A DNA stretch of 64,000 nt from Octopus vulgaris (taxonomy: Eukaryota), in NCBI GenBank assembly GCA_951406725.2, contig OX597822.1:75578001-75642000 (forward strand), in the 5' to 3' direction. Numbering within the stretch: position 1 is the first letter of the stretch; the number at the start of each line of letters is the position of its first letter. Below are positions 1-13,511 of the stretch, one piece after another. Position numbers and translations under genes: made by a program. The notes beneath the pieces were generated by a model that worked only from the letters and a program-made list of their open reading frames with translations, was not told where the DNA came from and searched no databases.

Positions 1-640
1 CCCTCATAAAAGACTATATAATTCAAAATATACACGATAACAAACCATAAAATAAATTTGTATTTTTCAAATTGAAACAAAACAGTAAGAGGGAAAATAA
101 TGTTTATTTTTTTATACTTCTACTTTATTTATATCTGAAAAGTTCCTCCTACTTTTTTGAATTTCAAATCCTTTGATCAGATCCTCATAATTAATCTTAG
201 GTAACACATCTGCATCTATACTTAGTAGAGATAAAGGCATCCCGAATATTATTTAGCAAGTTTAAAGCGATTTCTTTTGTGCCGTAAACCATTTACAGTT
301 TCTGTGGTTGCCTCTCTCCCTCCCTTGATGCCCTAAGCACGTGCTTCTTTTGTTCAATGGTTAATCCAGTGCTGGTCAAGAGGCAAACGACGGAATCTCA
401 ACGCAGTAGGGTGAACCGTCAGAAATAGCAAGCGTATGTGCTTCAAATAACAAGGAAACCCCTTAAAACGAAAATAGCACATTAGATTATTAAACATTGA
501 CGGCTTAAATATCATTAAAAAGACAGAATGGTCACGGCCGGAATGCCTTAGAATATACATCAACCAGATTACGGTTGAATTTTGACTACAAACCAATAAA
601 GCAATCACATGTGTAACCTTAACAACTAAATTATGGTTCC

Positions 641-841
641 TACTTTTGGAACAAGGCCAAAATACTTAATGGGAGGAGGTTAATCGATTTCATCTGCTTT
701 ATAGCTTGCCTGGTACTTATTTTACTGATTCCGAAATAATGAAAGACAAGGTCGACACCTGTGGAATCTGAACTCAGAACGTAAAACCTGAAGAAATGCC
801 GCTAAGCATTATGCTCGTCGCGCTAACGATTCGCTCGCCTC
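641..841 (-). mobile_element. SINE family A (tRNA-like head), old monomer with tail 2
   Basis: Reverse complement matches the family core GTTCTGAGTTCAAATTCC..GAGGTCGAC.TTG.CTTTCAT..TTCGG seen in the copies at 5597, 8309, 43731 and 44208; diverged. Confidence 0.75.
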
Positions 842-1204
842 CATCTGAAATAGCTAAATAATAAAGTCAATACTTATAAAATGTAACATATTTTAATATT
901 CTGTATCGTACATCAATAAAGAATTTTCTACAAATATGCGATCAGCAGGAACTAAAAGACGACAATATATAAACACATATCCGTAATATTCAGAACTAAA
1001 TCTGAATTGAAACGTACAGATATGCCTTTTCATGAATTCTATGGAAATTCTTTAAATGCATAAACATAGATATACCAATAGAAAACCTCACAGCGGAGAC
1101 ACACACGTAAACACATACAAACTCATACACACACACACACTCACAGGACCATATTATGCATAGACATATTTCATCGCTAATGATACCGAAATAAATTTAA
1201 TAGC

Positions 1205-1254
1205 TGTGTGTGTGTGTGTGTGTGTGCTTGTATAAAATATACACACATTTATGC

Positions 1255-1303
<49 letters not shown>

Positions 1304-1413
1304 TACATATTTATATACATACATATGCACATATATAAATATACAATTATAGATATATATGTATACAATTATACATATATGTGTGTGTGTATAAAATATA
1401 CACATATTTATGC

Positions 1414-1444
<31 letters not shown>

Positions 1445-1559
1445 CGCATATATATATATATACATATATACATACACACACATATATACATATTTATATA
1501 CATACATATGCACATATATAAATATACAATTATAGATACATATGTATACATACAAATGC

Positions 1560-1590
<31 letters not shown>

Positions 1591-1620
1591 TGTATGTGCG
1601 TCTAAACACGCACACACGTT
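1205..1620. repeat. Compound (TG)n/(TA)n microsatellite containing a ~160-180 bp tandem duplication
   Basis: The block TATAAAATATACACACATTTATGCATA...CATACATATGCACATATATAAATATACAATTATAGATA occurs at about 1231 and again at about 1390. Confidence 0.85.
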
Positions 1621-1829
1621 CACTCATATTCATACATATATTTACATATAATTATAGATGTAATTGCGTCTATGTATGCTCTTTAACATGTATAATTATG
1701 TGTATTATTGCGTGTAGATACGAATGCGTATGTATGGCTTTTATACGCACACAAACGCACACAGGACACATACGCACACACACACATACACACATACAAC
1801 ACATACATGCACATATTTATATATACAAA

Positions 1830-1832
1830 GAC

Positions 1833-1888
<56 letters not shown>

Positions 1889-2401
1889 AGACAGAGAAAG
1901 ATAGGGAGAGAGCGAGAGAGAGACAGGGTGGAAGAGACCGAGAGAAACGCGAGAGTCTGCTACCATCAGTTAACTATTTATCTTGCATATTCAAGTTTTA
2001 AATAAATTGATTAACTCCTAATCTCCAAGGAGGAAAGGCAACCTGGTTATCTTCTGTTTCAGTATGGAAACTGATTCTATCGACGTATTGATGGCGTTCG
2101 TTTTTGTCCATGTATGTATGTATGTATGTATGTATGTATGTATGTATGTATGGATGGATGTATGTATGTATGTATGTGTGTGTGTATGTGTGTGTATGTA
2201 TGTATGTGTGTATATATGTATGTATGTGTATGTATGTGTGTATGTATGTATGTAATCAAATAGTGATCATCGTTACTTCACTTCTTTCCTTCTTCGTTGT
2301 ATAGGAATTTATAAGTATATCTAAATATATATGTTATATATATATATATATATACACACGCACACACACATATATATGTTTATATATATATATATCCATA
2401 C

Positions 2402-2458
<57 letters not shown>

Positions 2459-2461
2459 CAT

Positions 2462-2497
<36 letters not shown>

Positions 2498-2500
2498 GCA
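1830..2500. repeat. (AG)n, (TATG)n, (TA)n and (CA)n microsatellite blocks
   Basis: Directly visible simple repeats at about 1830-1925, 2110-2255 and 2325-2500. Confidence 0.95.
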
Positions 2501-3344
2501 TGATGTGTATCTTGCTACTTCTCCGGAAGTCGCTGCAGGCCATCGAGGTAGTCACTGAGGCCCAAAATTCATTGTGACCGATAGCTTTCTCTGAAGAGTG
2601 GAGCAAAGTGCTGCTGGAAAGCCGCACGCATTTGCTTGGATCCGCGTCGTACACGCCCATCCTAATCTATCAAAGAACTGAATCGTGGCTCTGTTATCAT
2701 GTTGCACCCCTCCCCCCATCACTCAGACTCATTGAATGTGTTTCGGTTTTCTCGAGCTCTAGCTCTGACAACGTAGCCTCCATGTTTCCCATCGAAGAAA
2801 TGAACGATGGCAATTTGCACCTCTGATGCGGCGCCGTTTCCAGTTGCCTCTTCTATTCTGCTTACTAGCTCCTCCAATTATCTATTTCTCTCTATCATTA
2901 ACTTTTTAGTAAATACTATTGGCTAATATTTATTTGGCCCCTTTAGGGTTCCCCACTACTTGCCGTTTACTGCCCGTGTCAAATGCCGCTTGACTACCTC
3001 GCTATTCCGGTCTCTGTAATATTTTCTCGTTTGGGAAGTCACATTAAGGCGACTGTGCAGATCACAAATTTGTGACCTCCGTAGCCGTGCGGTTTAAATT
3101 GTGGACACGCTAAAGTATCTCTGTCAGCTAGTGTAAAGAACATTCTTTCTAGGTACAATCTGGAAGACCCACCGAAGTGACTGGGAGTCTCCATTAGCAC
3201 ATTCAGGAAATCCAATTGGAGCATGATTTCAAAGCTTTTGCATTCCTTCCACTGGTTTAGTCCAACACAAACCCATCGTGTGTCCTATACCATTTCAATC
3301 GCCTACTCGTACTAAACAGCAGAATGTTCTTAGAAAAGTTGTAC

Positions 3345-3753
3345 GCACAGGAGTGGCTGTGTGGTAAGTAGCTTGCTTACCAACCACATGGTTCCGGGTT
3401 CAATCCCATTGCGTGGCACCTTGGGCAAGTACCTTCTACTATAACCTCAGGCCAACCAAAGCCTTGTGAGTGGACTTGGTAGGTGGAAACTGAAAGAAGC
3501 CCGTCGTATGTATGTATATATATATATATATGTATATGTGTGTGTGTGTGTGTTTGTGTGTCTGTGCTTGTCCCCCCAACACTGCTTGACAACCGATGCT
3601 GGTGTGTTTGCGCCCCCGTAACCTAGCGGTTCGGCAAAAGAGACTGATAGAATAAGTACTAGGCTTACAAAGAATAAGTCCTGGGGTCGAATTGCTCGAC
3701 TAAAGGCGGTGTTCCACCATGGCCGCAGTCAAATGACTGAAACAAGTAAAAAG
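3345..3753 (+). mobile_element. SINE family B, full length (tRNA-like head, CORE-like ACCTTGGGCAAG segment, internal microsatellite, CR1-like tail)
   Basis: A-box-like TGGCTGTGTGG and B-box GGTTCAATCCC, internal (TA)/(TG) tract, 3' GGCGGTG..CCA.CATGGCCGCAGTCAAATGACTGAAAC; many related copies in the window. Confidence 0.85.
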
Positions 3754-3773
3754 AGACTTCGAAAGCAACCTGG

Positions 3774-4050
3774 CTATTCTACCCTAGTGGGTGCATAGTC
3801 GGTCGTTAGTCTGAAGGCACTGCTTTTTCTGTCATCTTCATTTAGTGCCACCCTTAAAAGCCCTGCTACACCACTGTCCGATCCCGGCACACCACACGAT
3901 AAGGATATCTTGTTCATGTCAAAAATGGAGCTGAATGCGTGCGTCCCAGAAATTCTGGTTTCAGTAATGGCTACTGCAGCTACACCGCGAACTGATATCA
4001 TTGAGTAAGTGACATTGCTTCCAAGCTGAAGCCAGGAAATGCACATAGTA
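3774..4050 (-). pseudogene. Degenerate APE-endonuclease fragment of an L1/Tx1-like LINE
   Basis: The ORF has AITETR (cf. LQET), GVAGLL (cf. GVAIL) and YAP in the order expected for a LINE APE domain. Confidence 0.5.
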
Positions 4051-5596
4051 CATTCAACTGAGTGACTGACATCATGTTTAATGTTGGCAGGGGAGGGGGA
4101 TAGATGGAGAGATTACTCAAGTCATTTCGAGTGACAGATGTTCTGTGTTCTTTTGAGATGGATGTCCCTTGAACGGTCTTTGTAATAAAATTTTTTTCAG
4201 CAATTTACTAAACTCCCGACGATTTCTGAGAAATTGTTCAAAACAGTGTGGTAAATGTGACTTATTTATTATCACACCCATTTTAGATGTTTGCGGGATG
4301 AACTTTTCAAATACCTCTTCTGTTGTTTTTTCGTTTTTGTAATGGTTTGGTCCGTCTATTCCATATTTTGCTTATCCTGGCGAAGTCGACAACAAAAAGA
4401 AATTCAGTGTTTTCTTGTGTTTGCTGTTGTTTCTTTTATTCGTTGTCTAGTTGTTGACCTGTGTGTTTTCTTGGTGTTCTTGTTACTGCTGTTGTAGGGG
4501 GTAAAGTTGGAAGTTGAGTTGTTGTAATGATAGGTTTCTAGCTTGTTGTGCTTGGTATTGTTTCAGTGCATGAGCTGCTGTGTGATAGATTGGGGTGATT
4601 CGAGGCGTTTCGTCTACGTTTGATGTTTTTTGTGGGCAAATTATGTCCTTTTTGCCCTTTGGTTTTGCCCTTCTGGATTTCCTTCTTTATTTGAGGGTGA
4701 TTCAGCTGGGGAAAGTAGTGGTTGGTATGTGTGTGCGTGTGAATGTATGTGTGCGTGTGTCTGTGTGTGTGAACTTTTCTGATGCTCGTGTTGGTTGCTG
4801 GTGTTTGATTTGTTGATGTCGTGGTTATAGAGTAGACAATAATGGGGTTTTAGTTGTATTTACAAAGAGAAGGAACACCTTTTGATGTTCCCTGCTCCCA
4901 CACATCTGCATTCTACCACCACTCTTACGGGGTCATCAATCTACAGATGAATGATTCCGGGTATTTTTTGTAAATTTTCAGGAGAGAATATCAACATTTA
5001 ATTTGACCCACGAGAATAAATTTCATATTTAAAATCTCCTCGTCCTCTTCCAAGATCATTTAAAAATAATTTACGTTTATTTCTGCAGGATCATACATTG
5101 TTTCGTGTCACGTTACTTAAGCGTTTTCCTATATAGGAGGTTGTAAAGACATATAATCACAGAGGAGCAGTTTCTGTGACTATTATTATAGCCTCTTCTT
5201 CGCTATCAGACAGGCAGACATGATAGGTATATTGAGCTTCATATATTTATACACCAGCATCATTTTGATGGCATGCGCTGCTCTCTCTCACCAACTAATA
5301 ATAATAAGTATAAATCCACAGTGTTTCAAATACAAGAGAATACCCTGATATGGTTTCCAAATCGTCACAGAACCATTTCTATGCTTCAAGGCAGAGGCCA
5401 AACTGTTTGGGTTGAAGGTGCTTTTGAGTTGTCCCTAGAGATAAAAACTTCCCGAAATGGGGAAGAAAATGAATGATTATTTATCAAAGGTAACATTATT
5501 TCATTCAGGCATTGGCCGTTTCTGGTTGTCTAGATTCCATTTTTTCGCTTATCAATGTTGAAAGAGTGCAGAAGGGATTCAGAAACTGCAACTCTT

Positions 5597-5813
5597 AAAG
5601 GGGAGCTGGCAGAATCGTTAGCATGCCGGGCGAAATTCTTAGCGGTATTTCGTCTGCCGTTACGTTCTGAGTTCAAATTCCGCCGAGGATTACTTTGCCT
5701 TTCATCATTTCGGGGTCGATAAATTAAGTACCAAGGGATCAATCGACTTGATCCCTTTGTCTGTCCTTGCTTGTCCCCTCCATGTTTAGCCCCTTGTGGG
5801 CAATAAAGAAATA
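5597..5813 (+). mobile_element. SINE family A monomer with tail 1 and a ~16-bp TSD
   Basis: Head GAGCTGGCAGAATCGTTAGC, B-box GTTCAAATTCC, tail TTTGTCTGTCCTTG..AATAAAGAAAT. Flanked by AGAAACTGCAACTCTT (5581-5596) and AGAAACTGCAGCCCTT (5814-5829). Confidence 0.85.
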
Positions 5814-6299
5814 AGAAACTGCAGCCCTTCCATGTTATCTAGACTTATAGAACCTATTTCGGCCACCAAACGGTTAGTAAGGTGATAGTTTAGACCTGTG
5901 AGTTTTACTAGCTTAGTTCGATGGTTTATAAACATAATATGATTTACAGTACTACGGCCTTGGTCTGTGAACTTTGCCTTCCTATCAGAATTTAGTTAAG
6001 TGGAGCAGATTTTAACTTCGTTTGAAATATTTAGGGACTGTATATCTCGAAATATAGCTATTCAGTAGTTTTAAGGACTGAAGCCCCATCCATTCGTGGA
6101 CGTACATTTGACCTTCTTTGGAAATCAGAAAGGTCACACGCTTTAACTTATTTCAACAGAAATAACTTCAAAAATATAGATAAGGAAAAAAATACAATGT
6201 TATATAAAATATTTGAACACACATATACTGAGTCGAAGATTTTTAAAATTTTGTCTGTTGCAGATACGAAAAATAGTTATTTGAAATTTGGTTTCAATT

Positions 6300-6340
6300 A
6301 TTATATATATATAAATTATTATATATATATATATAAATAA

Positions 6341-6395
<55 letters not shown>

Positions 6396-6479
6396 ATATG
6401 AGAGGTATTGGTGTCAAGAAGACCCAAAAGGTGTCGGGTACGCTAAGTGCTATGTATAGACAATGGTTAAGCTCCATGG

Positions 6480-6518
<39 letters not shown>

Positions 6519-6547
6519 AATATATATGTATATATATATATATGTAT

Positions 6548-6597
<50 letters not shown>

Positions 6598-6683
6598 ATG
6601 CATATATATACACATATATATATATATAGTTTCATATCTTAACGTGATGCTCTGTAGGTGTATATATATGTGTAATGTATATC

Positions 6684-6734
<51 letters not shown>

Positions 6735-7256
6735 ACTATTTAAACATATACATACACATGTGTGTGTGTATATATATATACACACACATGTATGTATATT
6801 GTTCATTGTCTGCGAAGGGATTCTCCGAAAAACGAAATATGAAAAGTGTCACCTTTGTAGAAATAAATGGCAACATCTCTAGAGAAACTGATTTCTTAAT
6901 CTACAGATATTGCCTATTTTTTTTCTATTCTTTTACATTGTTCTTTAAATGCAAAAATTGTGAAGACTTTTCTTTCAAGATGTGTTGAGTAATTATCTCA
7001 CAGAACAACAGAAATATCCACGTTGCCAGAACTTATCTTACATATCTGTCATATGAGTTTTTTGTCAATTAGGCGAATGGTTTAGATTTCTAAATAAATA
7101 GAAGGAAGATATAAGGTGGGTGTATGTAATAATTCATTACATAACAATGTTGCTATAATGCTTATCTTTTGTAACTTACAAACTCGTTTACAACCATCCA
7201 AGTCTTTCTTTTCCCTTTCTCTCTTCACACACTAAGATACACGTCAATATTGCATG

Positions 7257-7304
<48 letters not shown>

Positions 7305-7313
7305 CATATACAT

Positions 7314-7383
<70 letters not shown>

Positions 7384-7450
7384 GTGCATGTATGTATATA
7401 TGGCAGTGTGCCTTTGTGTGGATGTGTGTGTGGATGTGTGTTTGTGTGAG
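6300..7450. repeat. (TA)n-dominated microsatellite fields
   Basis: Long TA tracts at about 6300-6395, 6480-6800 and 7265-7400. Confidence 0.9.
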
Positions 7451-8308
7451 TTTAGACAACGAATCTCCTGATCAACCATTTAAACATATTTGACTTTTCC
7501 AAAAGTTGTTCAACAATTCTTTTGGGTTTTTTTGCGTCGTAGGTACAGCCTTGTGTTTAAGAAGCATGCTTTGCAAATCCATGATATTCTGGTTCAGACC
7601 CACTGCGCGGTATCTTGGGCAAGTATCTTCTTATTTTATTGGCTCCAACAAGATCAAAAACAAAATCGACCTCGGTGGAAATTGAACTCAGAACGTAAAG
7701 ACGGATGAAATACCACTAAGCATTTTACCTAGCGTGCTAAGATAGCTGTAAACTATTAGCATGCTAGATTATCAGACATTACTTTTACTTCTCCGTTTTA
7801 CCATTTTATATCTAATAACCATTGTAGCAACGGACCAATATTGGACAGCGATTAAATTACATCGACTCGGAAGAATGATACGCAAAGATATCATCGAGAT
7901 ATGAAATGAAAATGTAAAGGGCTGTAACTAAATTCCTGAGAAATTTTGCCTGGCAAGCTACCGATTCGGTCAATTTATTAAAGAACGTGACTGCTTCTGT
8001 GTATTTCCTTTAACTTACTCCAAATGTCAATATTGGAATTATTTCCTCGTTGGTTTTTAATTCACTCACCGGAAGGATTTTGGTCAAGAGTTCTTCTATC
8101 TAGTAATCCACATGTTTGAAGAACCAATAGAGAAACCTTCCCACTTATTCAGTTACATGTTTCTATCACAAATTCGCGCACTCGTTACACACAAGCACGC
8201 ACACATACAACTGCAAACACACACACACAGAAACACAAACAGCAACACCCACGTACACACACACACACATATTCAATACATCATATTCACATAATATATA
8301 CACATACA

Positions 8309-8700
8309 AAGGCGGCGAGCTAGCAGAAACGTTAGCGCGCCGGGCGAAATGCTTAGCGGTATGTCGTCTGCCGATACGTTCTGAGTTCAAATTCCACCGA
8401 GGTCGACTTTGCCTTTCATCCTTTCGGGGTCGATTAAATAAGTACCAGTTATGCACCGGAGTCGATATAATCGACTTAACCCGTTTGTCTGTCCTTGTAT
8501 GTCCTCTCTGTGTTTAGCACCTTGTGGCTAGTACAGAAATAGGTATTTCGTCTGTCTTTACGTTCTACGTTCAAATTCCACCGAGGTCGACTTTGCCTTT
8601 ATCCTTTCGTATCGATAAATTAAGTACCATTTGCATACTGAGGTCGATGGAATCGACTCATTCCCTCCCTTAAAAATGTCGGGCCTTGTGCCAAGAATAA
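8309..8700 (+). mobile_element. SINE family A dimer (monomer with tail 1 fused to a headless monomer with tail 2)
   Basis: The core sequence occurs twice (about 8370-8450 and 8555-8630). The junction AGAAATAGGTATTTCGTCTG is shared with the copies at 43731 and 56260. Confidence 0.85.
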
Positions 8701-8798
8701 AAAAAAATATAGACATACATGTGTAGATATGTACTTATGTAGTATGTATATTCAGTATTGGAATATACACACTAGCAACACACACACAGATACACTCA

Positions 8799-8840
<42 letters not shown>

Positions 8841-10035
8841 ACACACAAACAAACCACTTCACACAAGCACACGCACAAACTCACACATAAACACACACAC
8901 ACACACACAAACAACTACACACAAGCACACGCACACACTCACACACACATGCATAAACACACACACTCACGCACGCACACACATACACGCACACACACAT
9001 AAGCCCGCACAGAGGAATACATAACTTAATGAAGTTTAACTCTCTGCAATATACCCCACGGAATCTGATCAGGAAAACATAAATCTTTTTGACTTTACAA
9101 AGGAAGTTACGAAAAACAACAACAACAAAAAAACTACCCTCACTCGTGATGTTCATAGTAAGAAAAACATCTGCAGTTCTTAATGTAAATTTAGTCCGAT
9201 TACAGAAAAGCTGAATGAGACGATCTTAAATGTTTGTCCAATGAAGCAAAGACAGATACTACAAGATACTAATCACTATATCTACATCTAGTAGTATATC
9301 AAGATACTAATCACTATATCTACCGTGATGGGAAACCGCAAAGAGTAAGTGGTATGAATCTTTCAAGAAAGCTGACCAACAGAAGCCCTTCAGAGAAGAA
9401 ATCTCGCTCAAGCAAGTGTCACGGTCCTTAAATTCTTACACAATTAGGGGGCCGGGCCGGGCCGTATCCAGATCATGGTTCCTGATTGTGCTCTTCTGGA
9501 AATATCAGGGCTTGTGCAAGATATCGGGGACTTGAGCAAGATATCGGGGTCTTGTGTAGATTACATTTGGCTGTAACGCTTCTCCGTTGACTCAACTTTC
9601 AACCTTATATTAAAAGAAGAAATAATGTTATCGTGGTGCTATATTGTGCAAATTTGATTAAATGCTCACATCTTATAGGCGTGATGAGAGTTAGAACGAC
9701 CTTGCATTGATACATGAAGTCAAGTGATCACATATTCGATTCCGAGCGGAAATGGAAAAAAATAGGTATATGTAACCTCGTTTATCACAAGTTCATTCAT
9801 CACTGATCCGGAGTAACAAAGTACATCCAATTGTGAACCATGCTATGTTTTATACGGATTGATCTCTGCTTGTGCGGCGCAAACGCGATCTAACGACCAA
9901 CCAGAAGGATCAGTTACTCAGGATGCACTGGCTATCGTTTGTATTTACATGACCGTGCTCGATAGACATCAATATAGGACCAATGAACAGAAGGAATAGA
10001 CAGAGGTTTCTGATCCTCACAAATGGTGCAGACGT

Positions 10036-10150
10036 GTGTGTTCTCTAGAGGAAAAGATAGAGATGATTATGAAAATACATCACAGAAGAAGCTTCACTGC
10101 TGTTGGCCGCGAATATGGTGGCGACGAATCTACCGTTCGTACGATTTACA
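10036..10150 (+). pseudogene. Tigger/pogo-like transposase N-terminal HTH (CENP-B/psq type) fragment
   Basis: SLEEKIEMI..SFTAVGREYGGDESTVRTIYK resembles the Tigger motif LEEKxE..S.A.VGR.YG.NESTVRTI.K. Element ends not resolved. Confidence 0.6.
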
Positions 10151-11171
10151 AAATGTGTGGAGATGATTCATTTGTCACAGTGTTTTTCTGTTTTCAACCT
10201 AAACCCGTGGTAAACTAGGATAAATTTAAAACACTGGTCAGATTCGCTAGGAATAATATAGAATTAAAGCAATAAGGCCTTTATTTGAGCTCGTTTTCAG
10301 GTATTTATATATATTCAAATATGAAACAGAAGCAGCGCAAGCACAATAAACATTATCAACCACATATATTGGACGTATATGATTCGTGTATTTTCCAGTG
10401 GGCTGCGAAATAGTGCAGTTGGTAAAAGACCAGCAAGTCATGGACAGGCGCGATAACCCACCTTTAATCACTCTAATTTATACTAGTGCTGCTTCTTTCG
10501 GGTATACCCGCAAGTAGTATGCACGTTATATGCATATACATCGTGGACTGGAGAAATGATTCATCTCCGATCCGGTTCGGGTATGTGATGTTGATAAGCC
10601 ACGAAAATATCGAAACTTCGATGTCCTTCACTCCTAGATGGGATTAGAGATGGACTATCTCGCCTATCCATAACTTTCAGGTGTTTTAATATCCGGCACC
10701 TTGAGAGAGTTTTCTCCAGCGCGCTATACGCAGCCTACCAGCAAATACACCATTCGTATGTTTTGTATTATTATCATTCACTCTTAATGGCGGTGAGATG
10801 ACAGAATCATTTGCACACCAGGTAAAATGCTTAGTTGCATCTCTTTTGTCCGCTAAGGACATTTCACTTACACCGGTAAGGTGACTATAAATGTTCTCTT
10901 ACTTCTACTCACTAAATAATCTCTTAATGCCTGTCTAGCTCTTTAATGGTCATTATAGTCCTATGTTTCTTTTTCTATTCCAGGCCAGCTTCGGTTGGAG
11001 TCTAGGTGTGTTCCTACTGTGTTCAGGGATTGTTCTATTGTCTGAATTTCTATGTATGATCCGATTAAATCGGTTTTTTGCTATGATGTGATGTACTCAT
11101 TCACTTTTTAAAAAATGCGTTAGAAACAGCTGTAATGAACTGACATTTATCCATTGTTTGCTAGTTTTTTG

Positions 11172-11233
<62 letters not shown>

Positions 11234-11283
11234 CACACATACACGCACATTAACACACACACACACACACGTATGTATATATG

Positions 11284-11317
<34 letters not shown>

Positions 11318-11349
11318 TGCATGTATGTATGTATGTATGTATGCGTGTC

Positions 11350-11560
11350 TTTGTGCGTTTGTTTGACTCCCATCACCGCTTGACAACCAGTGCTGGTATG
11401 TTTACATCCCCGTGACTTAGCGATTCGGCAGAAAGACCGATAGAATAAGTACCAGGCTTTTAAAAATATAATTATTGGCGTTGATTAGTTCGACTAAAAT
11501 TCTTCAGGGTTGTGCCTCAGCATGGCCGTAGTCTAATGATGAAAACAAATTAAAAGTAAA
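11350..11560 (+). mobile_element. SINE family B, 3' half
   Basis: CGCTTGACAACCAGTGCTGGT..CCCCGTGACTTAGCGATTCGGCA..GATAGAATAAGTAC matches 3580-3750. Confidence 0.8.
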
Positions 11561-11669
11561 GATAGATAAATAAATACTTCCAGACATTTCGTTCAACGTT
11601 TTATCAATATTGTCAATCCTCCACATCACAGACTTTGCAAAGTGCTATGTTAATAGGATGGACATCAAA

Positions 11670-11822
11670 GGAACAAAGAAACCTGAGAAATATCAACATC
11701 AAGCAAAAGAGAGAGAGGGGGAGAGGAGGAGAGGGGGGAGAGATTATGGAAGACAAAGGCGATAGTTGTCATTGCGGTAATTGGTGCACTCTACACACTT
11801 AAAATGATTCCGTAAGAAGTTG
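11670..11822 (+). mobile_element. Highly decayed R4/Dong-like LINE 3' fragment
   Basis: Translates in pieces to EKYQH..RLWKTKAIVVIAVIGAL (cf. EKY..L..LW..IPIVIGALG), followed by (AAT)n. Confidence 0.4.
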
Positions 11823-11846
11823 AATAATAACAACAACAACAATAAC

Positions 11847-11894
<48 letters not shown>

Positions 11895-11912
11895 TATAAT
11901 AATAATAATAAG

Positions 11913-12263
11913 TGCCTTGGTGCAGTACCAGGCAGTGGCTCTCGTGGCTTCTGATCTTAAATGATTGGAAGTGTTATCATTCACCTCTGGAAACATGGGT
12001 GTTTCGTTCAGCATCCTTAAACAACCCTTATTCAGGGACCTTTTGAGCGGGATGGCCTACTCGACCAGAAGAAAATTCTAACTGGGCTCCACCTGCAAGG
12101 TCATGTGCTGTTTATCTTGATATGAGATCACCATGTCGCGCACATTTGGTTATGATGCATGTACCTGGTGTACCCTTATCAGACGGGTAGTCATGATGGG
12201 TATACTGAGCTTCGTATATTTTACCCCAGTGTCACTTTGATGGCATGCACTGCTCTCTCACTC
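11913..12263 (+). mobile_element. Non-coding ~550-bp element family E in (AAT)n, copy with a ~200-bp internal deletion
   Basis: Reverse complement of 43095-43623 and 59832-60385, lacking the middle part; (AAT)n tracts on both sides. Confidence 0.85.
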
Positions 12264-12351
<88 letters not shown>

Positions 12352-12353
<2 letters not shown>

Positions 12354-12803
12354 GCCGTCGTACCATGCTCAACATCTACTGGAACGACTACATCATCAAC
12401 ACTGAGGCCCTCAAGCGAGCAATGGACACCAGCCTGCAAGCCATTTTACTTGAGATACGACTACGCAGGGCAGGACTCAATGACAGGCTGAAAGACCACC
12501 GCCTACCCAAGATCATCATGTACGGTAAGCTCACTACTGGCCACTGCCAGTGGGAGGGGAGGGCACCAAAGAAGCGTTACAAGGAGTGTGAAGCAGTCCC
12601 TTAGCGTTTGTAACATTGATTATCGAGAGTGGTCCACTCTAACATCTGACCGTGTTGTTTGGCGCCATACCATCAGCGATATTGTTTCCTCCTTTGAGAT
12701 CTCTCGCAGTGTCTCTCTTGAAGACAAAGTCAGAGGCGGAATGAATAATGCAGTACCATCATCAGACCCTGGACAACCCTACTTCTGTCATAATTGCAAT
12801 CGG
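12352..12803 (+). mobile_element. RTE-clade LINE 3' fragment (second family)
   Basis: LNIYWNDYIINTEALKRA..RLPKIIMYGKL..RAPKKRYK, then WSTLTSDRVVWR and a C-terminal FCHNCNR; parallels the RTE C-terminus at 32650-33150. Confidence 0.8.
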
Positions 12804-12805
12804 AT

Positions 12806-13131
12806 CAATGTGAAAGAAGAAAAGATAAACAGCTATGACGATTTGAAGTGGGAAATACGAAGGTTGGGGTTCAATGAGGAGAGCAGACGTGATACCAATA
12901 GTAATTGGTGCACTTGGAAGTATCAGCGCTGAGCCACTAACATGGCTGAAAAAGATTGGTGCAAGTGTGACGGTAGAACACCTACAAAAATCAGCATTGC
13001 TTGGAACTGCAAGGATTCTTCACAGTGTATTTAAAGCCTGACCAGTAAACAAACGTCACCTTAATCTGTTGGCTGTGGACAGCTGACACTTTGCATCATA
13101 TCCAGCAAATTAAGCTGTGAGTTTTCATCAC

Positions 13132-13132
<1 letters not shown>
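12806..13132 (+). mobile_element. R4/Dong-like RLE non-LTR retrotransposon 3' end
   Basis: EKINSYDDLKWEIRR, frameshift, DVIPIVIGALGS..LQKSALLGTARIL, stop, short 3' UTR, then (AAT)n. Confidence 0.75.
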
Positions 13133-13178
<46 letters not shown>

Positions 13179-13179
<1 letters not shown>

Positions 13180-13495
13180 TGGAGAAACTTTCAAAATACA
13201 AAGACCTGGAAATGGAGGTAACCAGAATGTGGAATTTAAAAACAGAAACAATTCCTATCATAGTAGGTGCATTAGGCATGATAAAAAAATATTCAGACAA
13301 ATACGTAACAAAAACACCAGGACTTATATAACATACAGAAAATTGCACTACTAGGCACTGCACACATCCTACGCAGAACACTTTCCATACAATAACCATC
13401 AGAGCATCACAACAAATCACAGCACATACCCAAGGCACACAGAGCTGCGCTCGGTAGTGAAGTGAAAGCACGCTATAAAAAAATAAAACTACTAA
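13179..13495 (+). mobile_element. R4/Dong-like RLE non-LTR retrotransposon 3' end (different subfamily)
   Basis: EKLSKYKDLEMEVTRMWNLKTETIPIIVGALGMIKK..IQKIALLGTAHILRRTL; (AAT)n on both flanks. Confidence 0.85.
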
Positions 13496-13511
13496 ATAAT
13501 AATAATAATAA

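Noticed and set aside
2500-3230. GC-richer segment resembling an old LINE 3' end on the minus strand
   Set aside because: No diagnostic motif could be read with confidence.
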